Assembly: GCA_950097015.1 (NCBI GenBank)
Contig: CATNEN010000002.1
Location: forward strand, 992,001 to 1,056,000
Reading direction: 5' to 3'
Source: Macrostomum hystrix
Taxonomy: Eukaryota > Animalia > Platyhelminthes
Length of the DNA: 64,000 bases
Shown here: positions 1 to 12,617 of the stretch, in pieces
Position numbering within the stretch: position 1 is the stretch's first letter
How the letters are laid out: every line of letters begins with the position of its first letter
Position numbers and translations under genes: made by a program
Notes under the pieces: generated by a model
The model's input: the letters and a program-made list of their open reading frames with translations, nothing else
Told to the model about the DNA's origin: nothing
Database searches by the model: none

Positions 1-62
1 CCAAGACATTGTCAAGCATTTTTTTCAGTCGTAGCAGATCATCCTGACCAAAGAAGGCTCAC

Positions 63-317
63 CGATTGGCCAGAATTCAGACCTTGCCAGTCAGATCCAT
101 CGCCGTGACCCGGAAACCCAGCCTGGAATCTGTACAGGGTCGGGTCGAACTGAAGTCCGGTAATTAGATTAGCACCGCTTGACCGCAGACGGTTGTCCAG
201 TAGGTTCTTCAGCTGGTGCGGGTCCTCAGAGAGTTCAGCAGGATGACCGACGGAAGTCAGGATCAGATCAGCCAGGATGGAGCCGGAACTGGATCGAGCG
301 GTCGGTTGGATTGGCAT
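63..317 (-). CDS. First coding exon (85 codons) of an unidentified gene continuing beyond the window start
   Basis: ATG at 317 follows an acceptor-like site (ttcctttccaaaag|ccaattaaaaATG). The frame MPIQPTARSSSGS...GLNSGQS is open and ends at a phase-0 donor (TCG|GTGAG) at 63/62. No family recognised. Confidence 0.45.
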
Positions 318-1524
318 TTTTAATTGGCTTTTGGAAAGGAATTTTTGTGTTCTAGAGCCACGCGAACCGTCCAACACATTTAAGATGTGTTCGTTATTTT
401 ACTTTAATTTAGAATCGGACACGTTAACTTATAATAATTTAACACGTTAGTTTACAGTTTAGGTCGGTAATTTAGAGTATTTATCGATAACTTAAAATGT
501 AACACTTTAGTTAAAAATGTACCTTGCTAATTAATTAGAATGTGAAATGTTAGTTTAGAATGTAGCACATTAATTTGGAATGTAACATGGTAATTTAGAA
601 AATATGGCATGGTATTTTTTGTATAAAGTACGGTCCAATATAGACTATAAACAAAAATTTAACATATTACATGGTAATTAAAAATATAAAACTGAAATAT
701 AAATTTATAATGTAGTAATTTAAAATATAACCTTATAATTTAAATTATAATATTATAATTTAGAATATGACACTGTTCTTTTGAATATAAAACAAATAAA
801 ATATAAAAGTGTAATTTAAACTATAAAACTGTAATTTTGAAAATAAAACTGAAATTAAAAATGTAACTATATAATTTAGAACATAACACGGTAATTTTGT
901 GTTGAACACGTTGATCCATTGTTTAAAATAATTAAAAACTTTAACTTATTCTGTGTTTAAAACGTTGAAAGTGTAACATTAATTTATAGGGTATACGCTA
1001 ACTTAGAGTCTAGAGTGTTAATTTAGAGCCTAATTTAGAACACAATGGGGCCAGCGTAAAGCTTTTTGAGTTTGAGGCAAAGTCAATCTCGACATCAAAA
1101 CTGGCATTTCTAGACAGCATGCGTATAAAATTTAACTTCACTGCCTGAGAATTTTTTTTCTTCTCTTGCCTACTTACAACAAAAACAGTAGCGTAGTGGG
1201 ATTTTTTTCTACTTGTTAAAAAAATAAGAAACGATGAAAAAGCAAACATCCGGACAAGCGAGGTGAAATTCGGATGGAGGTCGGGCAATTCAGAGGCCGC
1301 CTTTAGAAGCAGACCATTGGAAACAAACGTTGCTTCTCATAGTACAAAAGACCTGTCGTAGTTTGTGGAGCAAGATTTGTGAGAAAACTTGGGAGATATG
1401 AAAGTAAGCCGGAAAGTTAAAAAAAAATTGTCGGGAGCAAAGAGGGTTGAGTTCTATTAGAACGGTTGAAGGGAACGGAGGAAGGGCAAGATGAAGGGGA
1501 AATGGTAGACGAAGAATTTTAGAA

Positions 1525-1898
1525 GGGTATAGAGGAAGGGGAGAAGGGTAGAGGAAGGGGAGAAGGGTAGAGGAAGGGTGAGAAGGGTAGCGGAAGGGGG
1601 AGAAGGGTAGCGGAAGGGGAGAAGGGCAGAGGAAGGGGGAGAAGGGTAGCGGAAGGGGGAGAAGGGCAGAGGAAGGGGGAGAAGGGTAGAGGAAGGGGGA
1701 GAAGGGCAGAGGAAGCGGGAGAAGGGTAGAGGAAGGGGAGAAGGGCAGAGGAAGGGGGAGAAGGGTAGCGGAAGGGGGAGAAGGGTAGCGGAAGGTGGAG
1801 AAGGGCAGAGAAAGGGGGAGAAGGGTAGCGGAAGGGGGAGAAGGGCAGAGGAAGGGGGAGAAGGGTAGAGGAAGGGGGAGAAGGGTAGAGGAAGAGGG
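1525..1898. repeat. Purine-rich minisatellite, ~20-bp unit (GAAGGGGGAGAAGGGTAGAG-like)
   Basis: Directly visible tandem copies; source of the LPLPLPFSP ORFs. Confidence 0.95.
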
Positions 1899-2539
1899 AT
1901 GGGAAATTATGTAGCGAATCAATTTCAATATGATTTAGAATCAAAAGCAATAGGAAGCGAAACAAGTAGAAGCTATCAAAGTGCTATCAATCTATCAATT
2001 TATCAATTTATCAGTTCATCAACGTATTCAAGAATGCAACACACCGCTGCATGGACGAAGATATACTCGTCGCATTGTCAGTTTATCATGGCCCAAATGC
2101 CGCAATACACATAGCAATTAGTTGTTTAAAGACAAATGAAAAATATGATGATGTACGAGTATTAGCTCTGTGGCCTCAAGATAAAATTGATTCATGCATT
2201 CATTTGTCTATATAGATTTTAGCCTTATACCGGTAAGTTAATCTGTGCCTCAGGATTTTTGCGTGTCGATTTAGGATGTGGAAGGGATATGGTACAACCC
2301 GAGTGGATTTATATTCACTCACAGCAGATCACAGCATGTAAACGGCTAACATTTTTATATAGTTTATATTAGCATTCAGAAAACTGGAAATTCTATTCGA
2401 CTGCGAAATCTACGGATATAGATAAATTGTTGGTTTGCACTGGGCTTGGAATCCGGGCGAGAGACAACAGGATAGAATGCGAACAGAAGAAACAGTCCAG
2501 ACAGGGCGAGAAAGAGAGAGTGTCGGAGTGGAGTAGGAG

Positions 2540-3066
2540 AGTCAGAGAATGGGAGAATGAGAGAATGGGAGAATGAGAGAGAGAATGGGAGAAGGACAGA
2601 GAGAATGGGAGAAGGAGAGAGAGAATGGGAGAATGAGAGAGACAATGGGAGAAGGAGAGAGACAATGGGAGAATGAGAGAGACAATGGGAGAAGGAGAGA
2701 GACAATGGGAGAAGGAGAGAGAGAATGGGAGAATGAGAGAGAGAATGGGAGAATGAGAGAGAGAATGGGAGAATAAGAGAGAGAGAATGGGAGAAGGAGA
2801 GAGAGAATGGGAGAAGGATAGAGACAATGGGAGAATGAGAGAGAGATTGGGAGAAGGACAGAGATAATGGGCGAAGGAGTGAGAGAATGGGAGGGAGAGA
2901 GAGAATGGGAGAAGGAGAGAGAGACTGGGAGAATGAGAGAGAGAATGGGAGAATGAGAGAGAGACAATGGGAGAAGGAGAGAGAGATAATGGGCGAAGGA
3001 GAGAGATAATGGGAGAAGGAGAGAGAGAATGGGAGAAGGAGAGAGACAATATGGGAGAATGAGAGA
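2540..3066. repeat. Purine-rich minisatellite, ~20-22-bp unit (GAGAGAGAATGGGAGAAGGA-like)
   Basis: Directly visible tandem copies; source of the LSLSFSHS ORFs. Confidence 0.95.
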
Positions 3067-4259
3067 ATGGTTAAGTAGCTGAGAAAGGTACATGTTTTCC
3101 TAAAAGCGGGAGTTGCAGTCGACCAAGCAGACAATTCGTTCCGCTGTGCAACCTAATGCAATCGAATTGCATATTTCCAGAGCTGAAACAACGCAGATAA
3201 GTGAATAAAACAGCTTGTTGTCAAGTCGCAGCAATCTCAACAAGGCCTCGATACTGAATGGAGTGCAGCTACACAGCTGTACAGTTCAGTTACAGGCTGT
3301 CTGCAAGGCAGTCGCGCAGTAGAGAAAGCACTTCGATATGCTTTGCAATTGCAAGACCAGAAATTGTGAACCGCTTTAATTCAATTGAATCGCGCATTAA
3401 GCTTGTGGCGCTATTGAAAACCGTCAGATCGTGACAGCCACCGATCTTCGAACCCCAAGCATCACCAACCCCGTGTGCGCCACACACGGCCTCTCAAAGT
3501 CTGGCAGTCTGAAGATTCTGTCATCAGCGTCACAGGGGGGAGGCAAAACTAAAGGAAAACTTTTTTTTGCTTTTGCACTTTTCTTTCGACTTACAGATTT
3601 TTTCTTGTCTGCCGATACGAACCCTGGATCGCTCTGATCCCTTATCAGTTTGAATGCTGAGACGGCGCGACACTGAACTGGTTGCAACGGAAATTATTGT
3701 CTCCTATGCCCCGATACCACTCCAAATTTAACAGTAGAAAGTCTTCGCCATTTTTCCCACTGGGGAATTTCAAATAACCCTCTGCCTAATTCACGACAGC
3801 TCCCGAACCGAATGACCGATTCTAGTGAAAGTTCTGAATTGAAAGTTTAAGCAATTTACGATGAACCAACGAGCCTTGGAGGTTGGCCCTCAAGAAAGGC
3901 TTCAAAGTGACGCACAAACAACGAAAACGTGTTTTAGAAAAGGGAAATAGGATAATTTTTGCAGATTGAATTGTTGGCAATTGCTAACAGTGGCGGGCAT
4001 CATAGCGCGATGAGCTGAGCTGTTAAGGTCAATGCGGTATTCAAATTTTCTAAAAATCACTTTCGAGGGTCGCTTCGCGTGCCGATGTCAAGGACCTGAC
4101 GATTTTGGCCGTCAGCTGATTCAATGAACTCAAATTAGATGTTCGTGAGTCAGCAACTTTGACTAGTGGCAGCTTGACCTCGAAATAGCACTTTTAATTG
4201 ATTCATTTTCCGAGTTGGCCTTTATTAGGTTCATAAAAGTTAGAACATTTTTCTTATCA

Positions 4260-4980
4260 ATTAGATACTTGTCTGTGAGATTAGACACTTGTCTGTGAGA
4301 TTAGACACTTGTCTGTGAGATTAGACACTTGTCTGTGAAAAAATACATTTGTCTGTGAGATTAGACACTTGTCTGTGAGATTAGACATTTGTCTGTGAGA
4401 TTAGACATTTGTCTGTGAAAAAATACATTTGTCTGTGAGATTAGAAACTTGTCTGTGAAAAAATACATTTGTCTGTGAGATTAGACACTTGTCTGTGAGA
4501 TTAGACACTTGTCTGTGAGATTAGACACTTGTCTGTAAAATTAGACATTTGTCTGTGAGATTAGACACTTGTCTGTGAGATTAGACATTTGTCTGTGAGA
4601 TTAGAGACTTGTCTGTGAGATTAGACACTTGTCTGTGAGATTAGACACTTGTCTGTGAAAAAATACATTTGTCTGAGAGATTAGACACTTGTCTGTGAGA
4701 TTAGACACTTGTCTGTGAGATTAAACACATATCTGTTAGATTAGACATTTGTCTGTGAGATTAAACACATATCTGTTAGATTAGACATTTGTCTGTGAGA
4801 TTAAACACATATCTGTTAGATTAGACACTTGTCTGTGAGATTAGACATTTGTCTGTGAGATTAAACACATATCTGTTAGATTAGACATTTGTCTGTGAGA
4901 TTAAACACATATCTGTTAGATTAGACACTTGTCTGTGAGATTAGACACTTGTCTGTGAGATTAGACACCCCTCCGTTAGA
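4260..4980. repeat. 20-bp minisatellite TTAGACACTTGTCTGTGAGA (~35 copies) with an internal AGACA..TGTCT inverted repeat
   Basis: Directly visible tandem copies with alternating variant units. Confidence 0.95.
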
Positions 4981-5551
4981 TGGGACACCCGTCTATAAAA
5001 TAGCGTTCACGTTTATGAGATTATGCAATTTGACATGTCAAACTACACCAAATTATTTATTGCATTTAAAATACCGAATCTTTAGAGTGTTATCTTGACC
5101 TAAAATTTGTCAAATTGAAGCAGAAAAAGCTATGACGAGGCAGCACAGACACACAGAAGCAAATCACAGTAATTACTGTTTAATTCCTATTAACTGTACC
5201 CATAGCAAGCTAGCAAGATGGCTTGCTTCTCAGAAAGGCTTTTGATTTTTGTTGTTAATGAGACTGCTGCTTCCTTCCCGTCTGGCTTCAAATTTCAGCG
5301 ACTCTGCATAGCACTCATTTTGGCAATGCGGATTGCAATTTGAGTGTCACTTTTTCTCTCATTCTCAAACAATAATTTTGGTTGTCCTTACTAATTTCCT
5401 CTGGCTAAATTCTTCAGGAAATATGTTTACTTTTTACTGGAGACTGTTAATATCCTGTTAGAAAATGACTACTCCATTTTTTCCTTGAGAATATTTTTAC
5501 CTTAAGCTTTCCCCAGTCCATACACTCCTGTTTTCCCAAATCTACCATTAT

Positions 5552-6752
5552 TTTCCCACACTCCAGTTTTCCCCATGCACCATTCTTCCCACACTCCAGT
5601 TTTCCCCATGCACCATTCTTCCCACACTCCAGTTTTCCCCATCAACCATTCTTCCCACACTCCAGTTTTCCCCATCAACCATTCTTCCCACACTGCAGTT
5701 CCCCCCATCCACCATTCTTCCCACACTGCAGTTTTCCCCATCAACCATTCTTCCCACACTGCAGTTTTCCCCATCAACCATTCTTCCCACACTGCAGTTT
5801 TCCCCATCAACCATTCTTCCCACACTGCAGTTCCCCCCATCCACCGTTCTTCCCACACTGCAGTTTTCCCCATCAACCATTCTTCCCACACTGCAGTTCC
5901 CCCATCCAACATTCTTCCCACACTCCAGTTTTCCCCATCCACCATTCTTCCCACACTGCAGTTCCCCCATCCAACATTCTTCCCACACTGCAGTTCCCCC
6001 ATCCAACATTCTTCCCACACTCCAGTTTTCCCCATTCACCATTCTTCCCACACTGCAGTTCCCCCCATCCACCATTCTTCCCACACTGCAGTTTTCCCCA
6101 TCCACCATTCTTCCCACACTGCAGTTCCCCCCATCCACCATTCTTCCCACACTGCAGTTTTCCCCATCCACCATTCTTCCCACACTGCAGTTCCCCCCAT
6201 CCACCATTCTTCCCACACTCCAGTTTTCCCCATCCACCATTCTTCCCACACTGCAGTTCCCCCCATCCACCATTCTTCCCACACTGCAGTTCCCCCCATC
6301 CACCATTCTTCCCACACTGCAGTTCCCCCCATCCACCATTCTTCCCACACTGCAGTTCCCCCCATCCACCATTCTTCCCACACTGCAGTTCCCCCCATCC
6401 ACCATTCTTCCCACACTGCAGTTTTCCCCATCAGCCATTCTTCCCACACTGCAGTTTTCCCCATCAGCCATTCTTCCCACACTGCAGTTTTCCCCATCCA
6501 CCATTCTTCCCACACTCCAGTTTTTCCCATCCACCATTCTTCCCACACTGCAGTTTTCCCCATCAGCCATTCTTCCCACACTCCAGTTTTTCCCATCCAC
6601 CATTCTTCCCACACTGCAGTTTTCCCCATCAGCCATTCTTCCCACACTGCAGTTTTCCCCATCCACCATTCTTCCCACACTCCAGTTTTTCCCATCCACC
6701 ATTCTTCCCACACTCCAGTTTTTCCCATCCACCATTCTTCCCACACTGCAGT
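5552..6752. repeat. 33-bp minisatellite CATTCTTCCCACACTGCAGTTTTCCCCATCAAC (~36 copies)
   Basis: Tandem copies. The unit is a multiple of 3, so it gives spurious 400+ aa ORFs on both strands. Confidence 0.95.
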
Positions 6753-8075
6753 TCCTATCCATGATCAGTGGCTCTCCTATATGAGGACTGCAACTGAATT
6801 TGCATTCATAAATCATAAACCTGGTTCAAAGTCAATCAGTTTGTCCAGCAGATAATTTCACCGCTGCTGTCTCCAATTTCTCTGTCTTATCCCCTTAGTT
6901 TCTCTTCCCTTAACTCATCCACGCAATCTAATTGCATCCTTGTCCGAAAATTCGTCAACAGAACTCGAAGCGCTACAATTATAGCAGCAGCAGCAGCAGC
7001 AGAAGCGGCCTTCACTTTTTTAAGTCATTCTGAGATTTACAATCCCAACCCAAACCTAGTCTTTTTTCTAGTCCAGTTAACGAAACTCGAGTGTAAGAAT
7101 TAATTTTGTTAATCTTCTTTGTTGAGTGCCGGTGAGTGAGGCCAAGATTGCTTGCTTCATTTTATGTCTTGTCGCTTCTAATAACCAGTTTTAGTAGACC
7201 ACAATGTTAAATTCATTACATGTTAGAATTAAGGATCAAATTAACGACATTTCACTTTAAAATGCCTTAAGGTCCTGTACGGTAACGAATTCTGCTGATT
7301 TAAACGATTAACGAATTCGGTAGAGATTACCGAGTAACGAACCTTATTACAATAAATGGACGAACGAAACTAAAGTTTACTGTTGGACATAATTTTGATA
7401 ATATATATAAATGCAGCATATTTTTGCTGGATGAAATAAAAATGAATGAATGAATGACGAAATGACGAAAAGCTGACTATAAGCATGCAGAAAAACAATG
7501 TACAAGCATCTGCACATACTGTTAGTTAAGTTACTGGCCACATCCCTACTCGATAATGATGAACAATTGTTGAATCCTAATAAAAAGTGTCACTAACAAA
7601 CCGACACACAGGCTCACCAACTGTGAAAACATGCCCTACCTGTAGGCAATTTTCTTAATGACTGCAGCTCTCTACCTACATTTTCACTTTTAACTATACT
7701 GAACTGTATGAGTAGATGAGTAGAATGATTCATCCTAGGAATTGAGTCCGACTGTAACACAGACACTGCTTCAAATCCCCTAAGAACAACTCGATTATTT
7801 GTAATAAAATACCACTGGATTATCGCTGGTAGCTACAGTCGTACAGTAAGAGAGAATCGCAGTGATTCATTAGCCCTCATCCGTTTAGCATAATCGGCTC
7901 AACTAGTTTTCAAGATTGGGAACCAGTTGTCGCGACCGATTTCGTGTTAGCTTAGCAAGTGTGTATATATAATAATGCGCGTAATATGCAAATTATAAAC
8001 GCATTATCCTGCTAGCAATCTTCACTGTAACTGTGATTTTAGCTCCAGAATGGCTACAGCTATAAATGCTGGGTG

Positions 8076-11000
8076 TCATGTTTTAGTTAGAACAGATCCG
8101 GATAAAAGCGACTCCATCTGCACACGGATTGCAGAATTATTGTTACTTCCAACAGAACTGATAGAAGCGATTTGTGTGCTAAAGCGGTTGGCTGTCAGGA
8201 CTCTGAATGTCAGGGAGAATTATAGTGTCACAATGTGAGAGAGGATTGGGTGTCAGTTGAGGGAGAGGATTGGGTGTCAGTTGAGGGAGAGGATTGGGTG
8301 TCAGATGAGAGAGATGATTGGGTGTCAGATGAGAGAGGATTGGGTGTCAGATGAGAGAGGATTGGGTGTCAGATGAGGGAGGAATGGGTGTCAGATAAGA
8401 GAGAGGATTGGGTGTCAGATGAGAGAGAGGATTGGGTGTCAGATGAGAGAGGATTGGGTGTCAGATGAGAGAGGATTGGGTGTCAGATGAGGGAGGAATG
8501 GGTGTCAGATAAGAGAGAGGATTGGGTGTCAGATTGAGCAGTCAGTTGAGCAGGACTCACCGAAACCTCAGCAGCTGAGAAGTCTGATTGCCGGCATACG
8601 AGTAATAGATGCTGTCAATCACATTTTTAATCTTGTCTGCCAGCTCGCGGAACCGAGGGCTGCCTCTGATCATCAGTTTCGGGTCCCACTGATCGCGGAA
8701 ACCGACAGTGACACTGAAAGTCAACGGCTTGCAGGAGCGACTAGCGAACATGTTCGCGGATGCCTCTGTGCCAACGATCTGCCGGCCAGTGATTGAGTCA
8801 ACACAGAAGCAATTATTGTTTCCATTGTCCAGACATTGCTTGACATTGTACACATCCGGCTGCTGGGGGCTGCAGCTCGGCTTGCGGGGCAGCAACCCTC
8901 GACCGTCCAACCAGCCGGGAGCTTCAGGTGGAAGCGGAGAGTTCCGTGCCGCAGCCTGCGAGGTCAGGAAGTAGCTGCACGGCACATCTGCGGATTCGAT
9001 AGACAAAAGTTTAAGATTAAGGCCGACTGGCAGGTTTGAAGTGCTGAGTTTATGTGAAACAACAATGCAGCATGTCTAGCAACCCTCCAACAATCCAGCA
9101 TGTCTAGCGACCCTCCGACAATCCAGCATGTCTAGCGACCCTCCGACAATCCAGCATGTCTAGCAACCCTCCAACAATCCAGCATGTCTAGCGACCCTCC
9201 GACAATCCAGCATGTCTAGCAACCCTCCAACAATCCAGCATGTCTAGCGACCCTCCGACAATCCAGCATGTCTAGCAACCCTCCAACAATCCAGCATGTC
9301 TAGCGACCCTCCGACAATCCAGCATGTCTAGCAACCCTCCAACAATCCAGCATGTCTAGCAACCCTCCGACAATCCAGCATGTCTAGCGACCCTCCGACA
9401 ATCCAGCATGTCTAGCAACCCTCCAACAATCCAGCATGTCTAGCAACCCTCCGACAATCCAGCATGTCTAGCAACCCTCCGACAATCCAGCATGTCTAGC
9501 AACCCTCCGACAATCCAGCATGTCTAGCAACCCTCCGACAATCCAGCATGTCTAGCAACCCTCCAACAATCCAGCATGTCAAGCATGTCTAGCAACCCTC
9601 CAAAAATCCAGCTTGTCTAGCAACCAAATCCAATTTTATTTTCTTAAATTTTTTAAAAGTTTTGTTGAGTTTTGTACCCTTCAGTTTTGCTTGTCGAATG
9701 ATTTTATTAACTAAATTGCACGATTGAAACTGTTGCACACTTTCAAGTTGTTAAACGGTAACTTTTTGGGTCTATGGAATCGTTATCTAACACCTTTTCT
9801 CAGTTGAAACGAGCTCACAGTATATGCTCAGGCAATGGTTAGCGGTGTAAAAGTGCCTGGAAAATTTGGCCGAGTAACTCGCTTCAGATAAAAAGCTGCT
9901 GAACAATTAGTTGCGGTAGAGGCCTAGTTAGAAGTGATCACAAGATAATCTGTCTGTAGACTGGATGATCTACCTGTTAGACTGTACTATTTACCTATTG
10001 GACTGTATTATTTACCTGTTAGACAGGATTATTTACCTGTAAGACAGGATTATCTACCTGTTAGACAGGATTATCTACCTGTTAGACAGGATTATCTACC
10101 TGTTAGACAGGATTATCTACCTGTTAGACAGGCCTATCTACCTGTTAGGCATGATTATCTACCTGTTAGACAGGATTATCTACGTGTTAGACAGGATTAT
10201 CTACCTGTTAGACAGGATTATCTACCTGTTAGACAGGATTATCTACCTGTTAGACAGGATTATCTACGTGTTAGACAGGATTATCTACGTGTTAGACAGG
10301 ATTATCTACCTGTTAGACAGGATTACAGGTCTGCTAGATTTAATATTCTATCTTAGCTGCGATTAACAATGGCTTCAGAGTGAATGCTTTGAAGCCAGTT
10401 CTTATCTGTCTACCAAATCCCAAATCCCCTTCAATTCAGTGCAGTGATCTCCCCACAGGGATACGGCAACAAAACTAGCTGGATGAGACACCTTTGACGG
10501 CGAAAATCAACCAACTGTGAACAATATTCTAGCTGCTAGAATAAACGCCAGTCGCCCCACGTCAAGTCACGTAAGAATCTCACACAATTGAGATGGGTGT
10601 ACTCAATTGAAAAACGCGGTCCGGTATGCATGCAGACTTTTTCTAAGAAGCGGCATTGAACAACCGCACGCAAGGTAAAGTGTGATTCACGGGCTGGGCA
10701 GAGACTGATGACAGAATAGAGTCATTGTTGCCCTAATTTTGTATGAATGGCGTGACTTGGCGCTTGACTGTGTGGGAGATTATGGCAATTCACAACAGGA
10801 GTGACACACAAGTACACAATTCCTCATCTCAAATAACAATAGAAAATTTATTCACATACGCAGACAATTTTAAATAATTCAAATGCGACTTAAATTTGAC
10901 TGTAGCGAGTTTAAAACTGAACAAGGCGACAGTACAACAGACAGACTCAAACCAGTCGACAGCGCTAGCGGGCAAGACTTACAGTTGGGTGCCGAGGTAG

Positions 11001-11244
11001 TGGAGGCATGCCAAGCGGTGTACAGGGCAGGTGTGCCAGCTGTGCTCATTGGTTGACCAGCGGCGAGCAGTGTTGGCAAGGCTAGTCTGGTCACAGCTGC
11101 GCCGCCACCCGAAATGGCATTTGTCACCAGGCGAGACGAATTAGTTGACGGCGGAGCTGCCAAACCTGATGGCTGGCGGTCACCGCTGCCCGGACGGCCG
11201 AGATCCTCGTCGTCTATGGGACCGGCGCCAGATCCGCTGCCAGC
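8076..11244 (-). CDS. Proteoglycan-like protein with a Ser-Gly GAG-attachment region, a thyroglobulin type-1 domain and a SEA domain (partial model)
   Basis: The exon ending at 8561 (donor CG|GTGAGT) encodes KPSC..YNVKQC...CFCVDSITGRQIVGT..C (TY motif) and then LTFSVTVGF..WDPKL...SPRFRELADKIKNVIDSIY (SEA-like). Candidate upstream exon 10983..11244 encodes GSGSGAGPIDDEDLGRPGSGDRQPSG. Candidate last exon 8076..8202 is phase-compatible. The 10983 donor does not join in phase to the acceptor at 8955, so the model is incomplete. Confidence 0.55.
8236..8535. repeat. Intronic ~22-24-bp minisatellite GAGAGGATTGGGTGTCAGATGA
   Basis: Directly visible tandem copies. Confidence 0.9.
9068..9625. repeat. 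Intronic 28-bp minisatellite ATCCAGCATGTCTAGC(A/G)ACCCTCC(G/A)ACA (~19 copies)
   Basis: Directly visible tandem copies. Confidence 0.95.
9955..10325. repeat. Intronic 21-bp minisatellite TTAGACAGGATTATCTACCTG, degenerate at the left edge
   Basis: Directly visible tandem copies; source of the (IIYLLDR)n ORF. Confidence 0.95.
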
Positions 11245-12617
11245 CTGTCATGGTGGTTGCGAATTAAAAAATCGTTTGATAGTTTTTTCTTGCTTAATTT
11301 TACGCATTTTCAGTGCCTAGTCTAGTAAAGAGAGCTGCAGCCAGGTATTTTACTGGACTAAGTATTTTTTTAATGAAAACAAACAGAAGTTGGTTTAAAC
11401 ATACATTTTTCAAGAATATATATTCGAAGATTAACTTTTGTTGTGTTTCTTTGATTTGTACATCTTAAATTGATGCTAAAATACTATGTTTCTACTGCTT
11501 CAATATTACTAAAAGTTCAGCACGCAATAAGATTAATTCGTTTTTTAGCATGAGATGGACTTTTTTTAAACGAAACAAATATATATATATAGTAATTTTT
11601 ATAGCCATCAATGAAAAATGAGTTTACTTTAGCATAAAAAATATTACTTAAGACAATAAACCTGATTCTTCATTTCACACATTATATTATGTTGCAATAA
11701 ATCCTAATGATAATGGGATGGCTTATGATAGTAAATTAGGAAATTTATTCATTAAATGTGCATAATGCTAATAAATAATGATAGGCTTTCATAAAAAAAT
11801 ATTTTACTAACCGTGAGTGGCTTTGTAGTAGTCTGGGCATCGGTAAACGACTTTAGATTTTGCAGCAGTATTAAAAGCAGTAGAAAAAAATTATCTACTT
11901 TCATTGACATACCAAAATTTCATTAGGAGTGGTTGTCTAATTTTGCAAATATTAATTTGTCATCTAATAGTTGTACAATGAATTTAAGACCGACTATGCA
12001 ATCTACTACAACTACCTCTTTCTACGATATTATACGAACATTGATTTTCGTAAATTTGAATTCATCATGCGCGAGCTACGCACTTTTTAAACCAGAATGT
12101 GCGATAACTTAGTAAAATTTAAAACAAAAATATGTATGTTGAATACTTTATCTTTTTTTCACCGCTGTTTTGCACTTTCATTTATTGTTTAAAATAGTAG
12201 ATTTTTCAGAAAATATTTACAATTTTCCAAAAAATATAGTAACATTATAATGTTGTCTCGATAAATTTGTCAAGAAACGTTATCACTTTTGCACAAACGT
12301 GATTTTTTATGATACGATATGATATGATACGCTCGTACGTTAACCTAAAATTAAACAGACTAAATGAATCCATAATTGTAAAAAAATAACCTTTTCTGTA
12401 AGTTTTACAGATTTTTATCTGTGTGCATGTATTTTGCTGCAAATAATACTGAAAATGACTTGTATCTTCGTACGTTTATTTAAGACGATTCTGAACTAGC
12501 AGTACATACGTACACGTACTTGAAGTACTGCACTAAAAGAGTAACGTTGTAATAAAGCGTATAGAGACAGTACTATGGGCACAGTACAGGATTACTAATT
12601 CCTGAAGCAGCAGTTTG

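Noticed and set aside
3290-3687. Two overlapping non-repetitive minus-strand ORFs (65 and 87 aa)
   Set aside because: No recognisable motif and no convincing splice sites linking them, so there is not enough support to call a gene.
5502-6855. 422-426-aa ORFs on both strands (HHSSHTAV / CSVGRMVDG repeats)
   Set aside because: They coincide exactly with a 33-bp array that is stop-free in several frames on both strands, and they have no unique domains or splice context.
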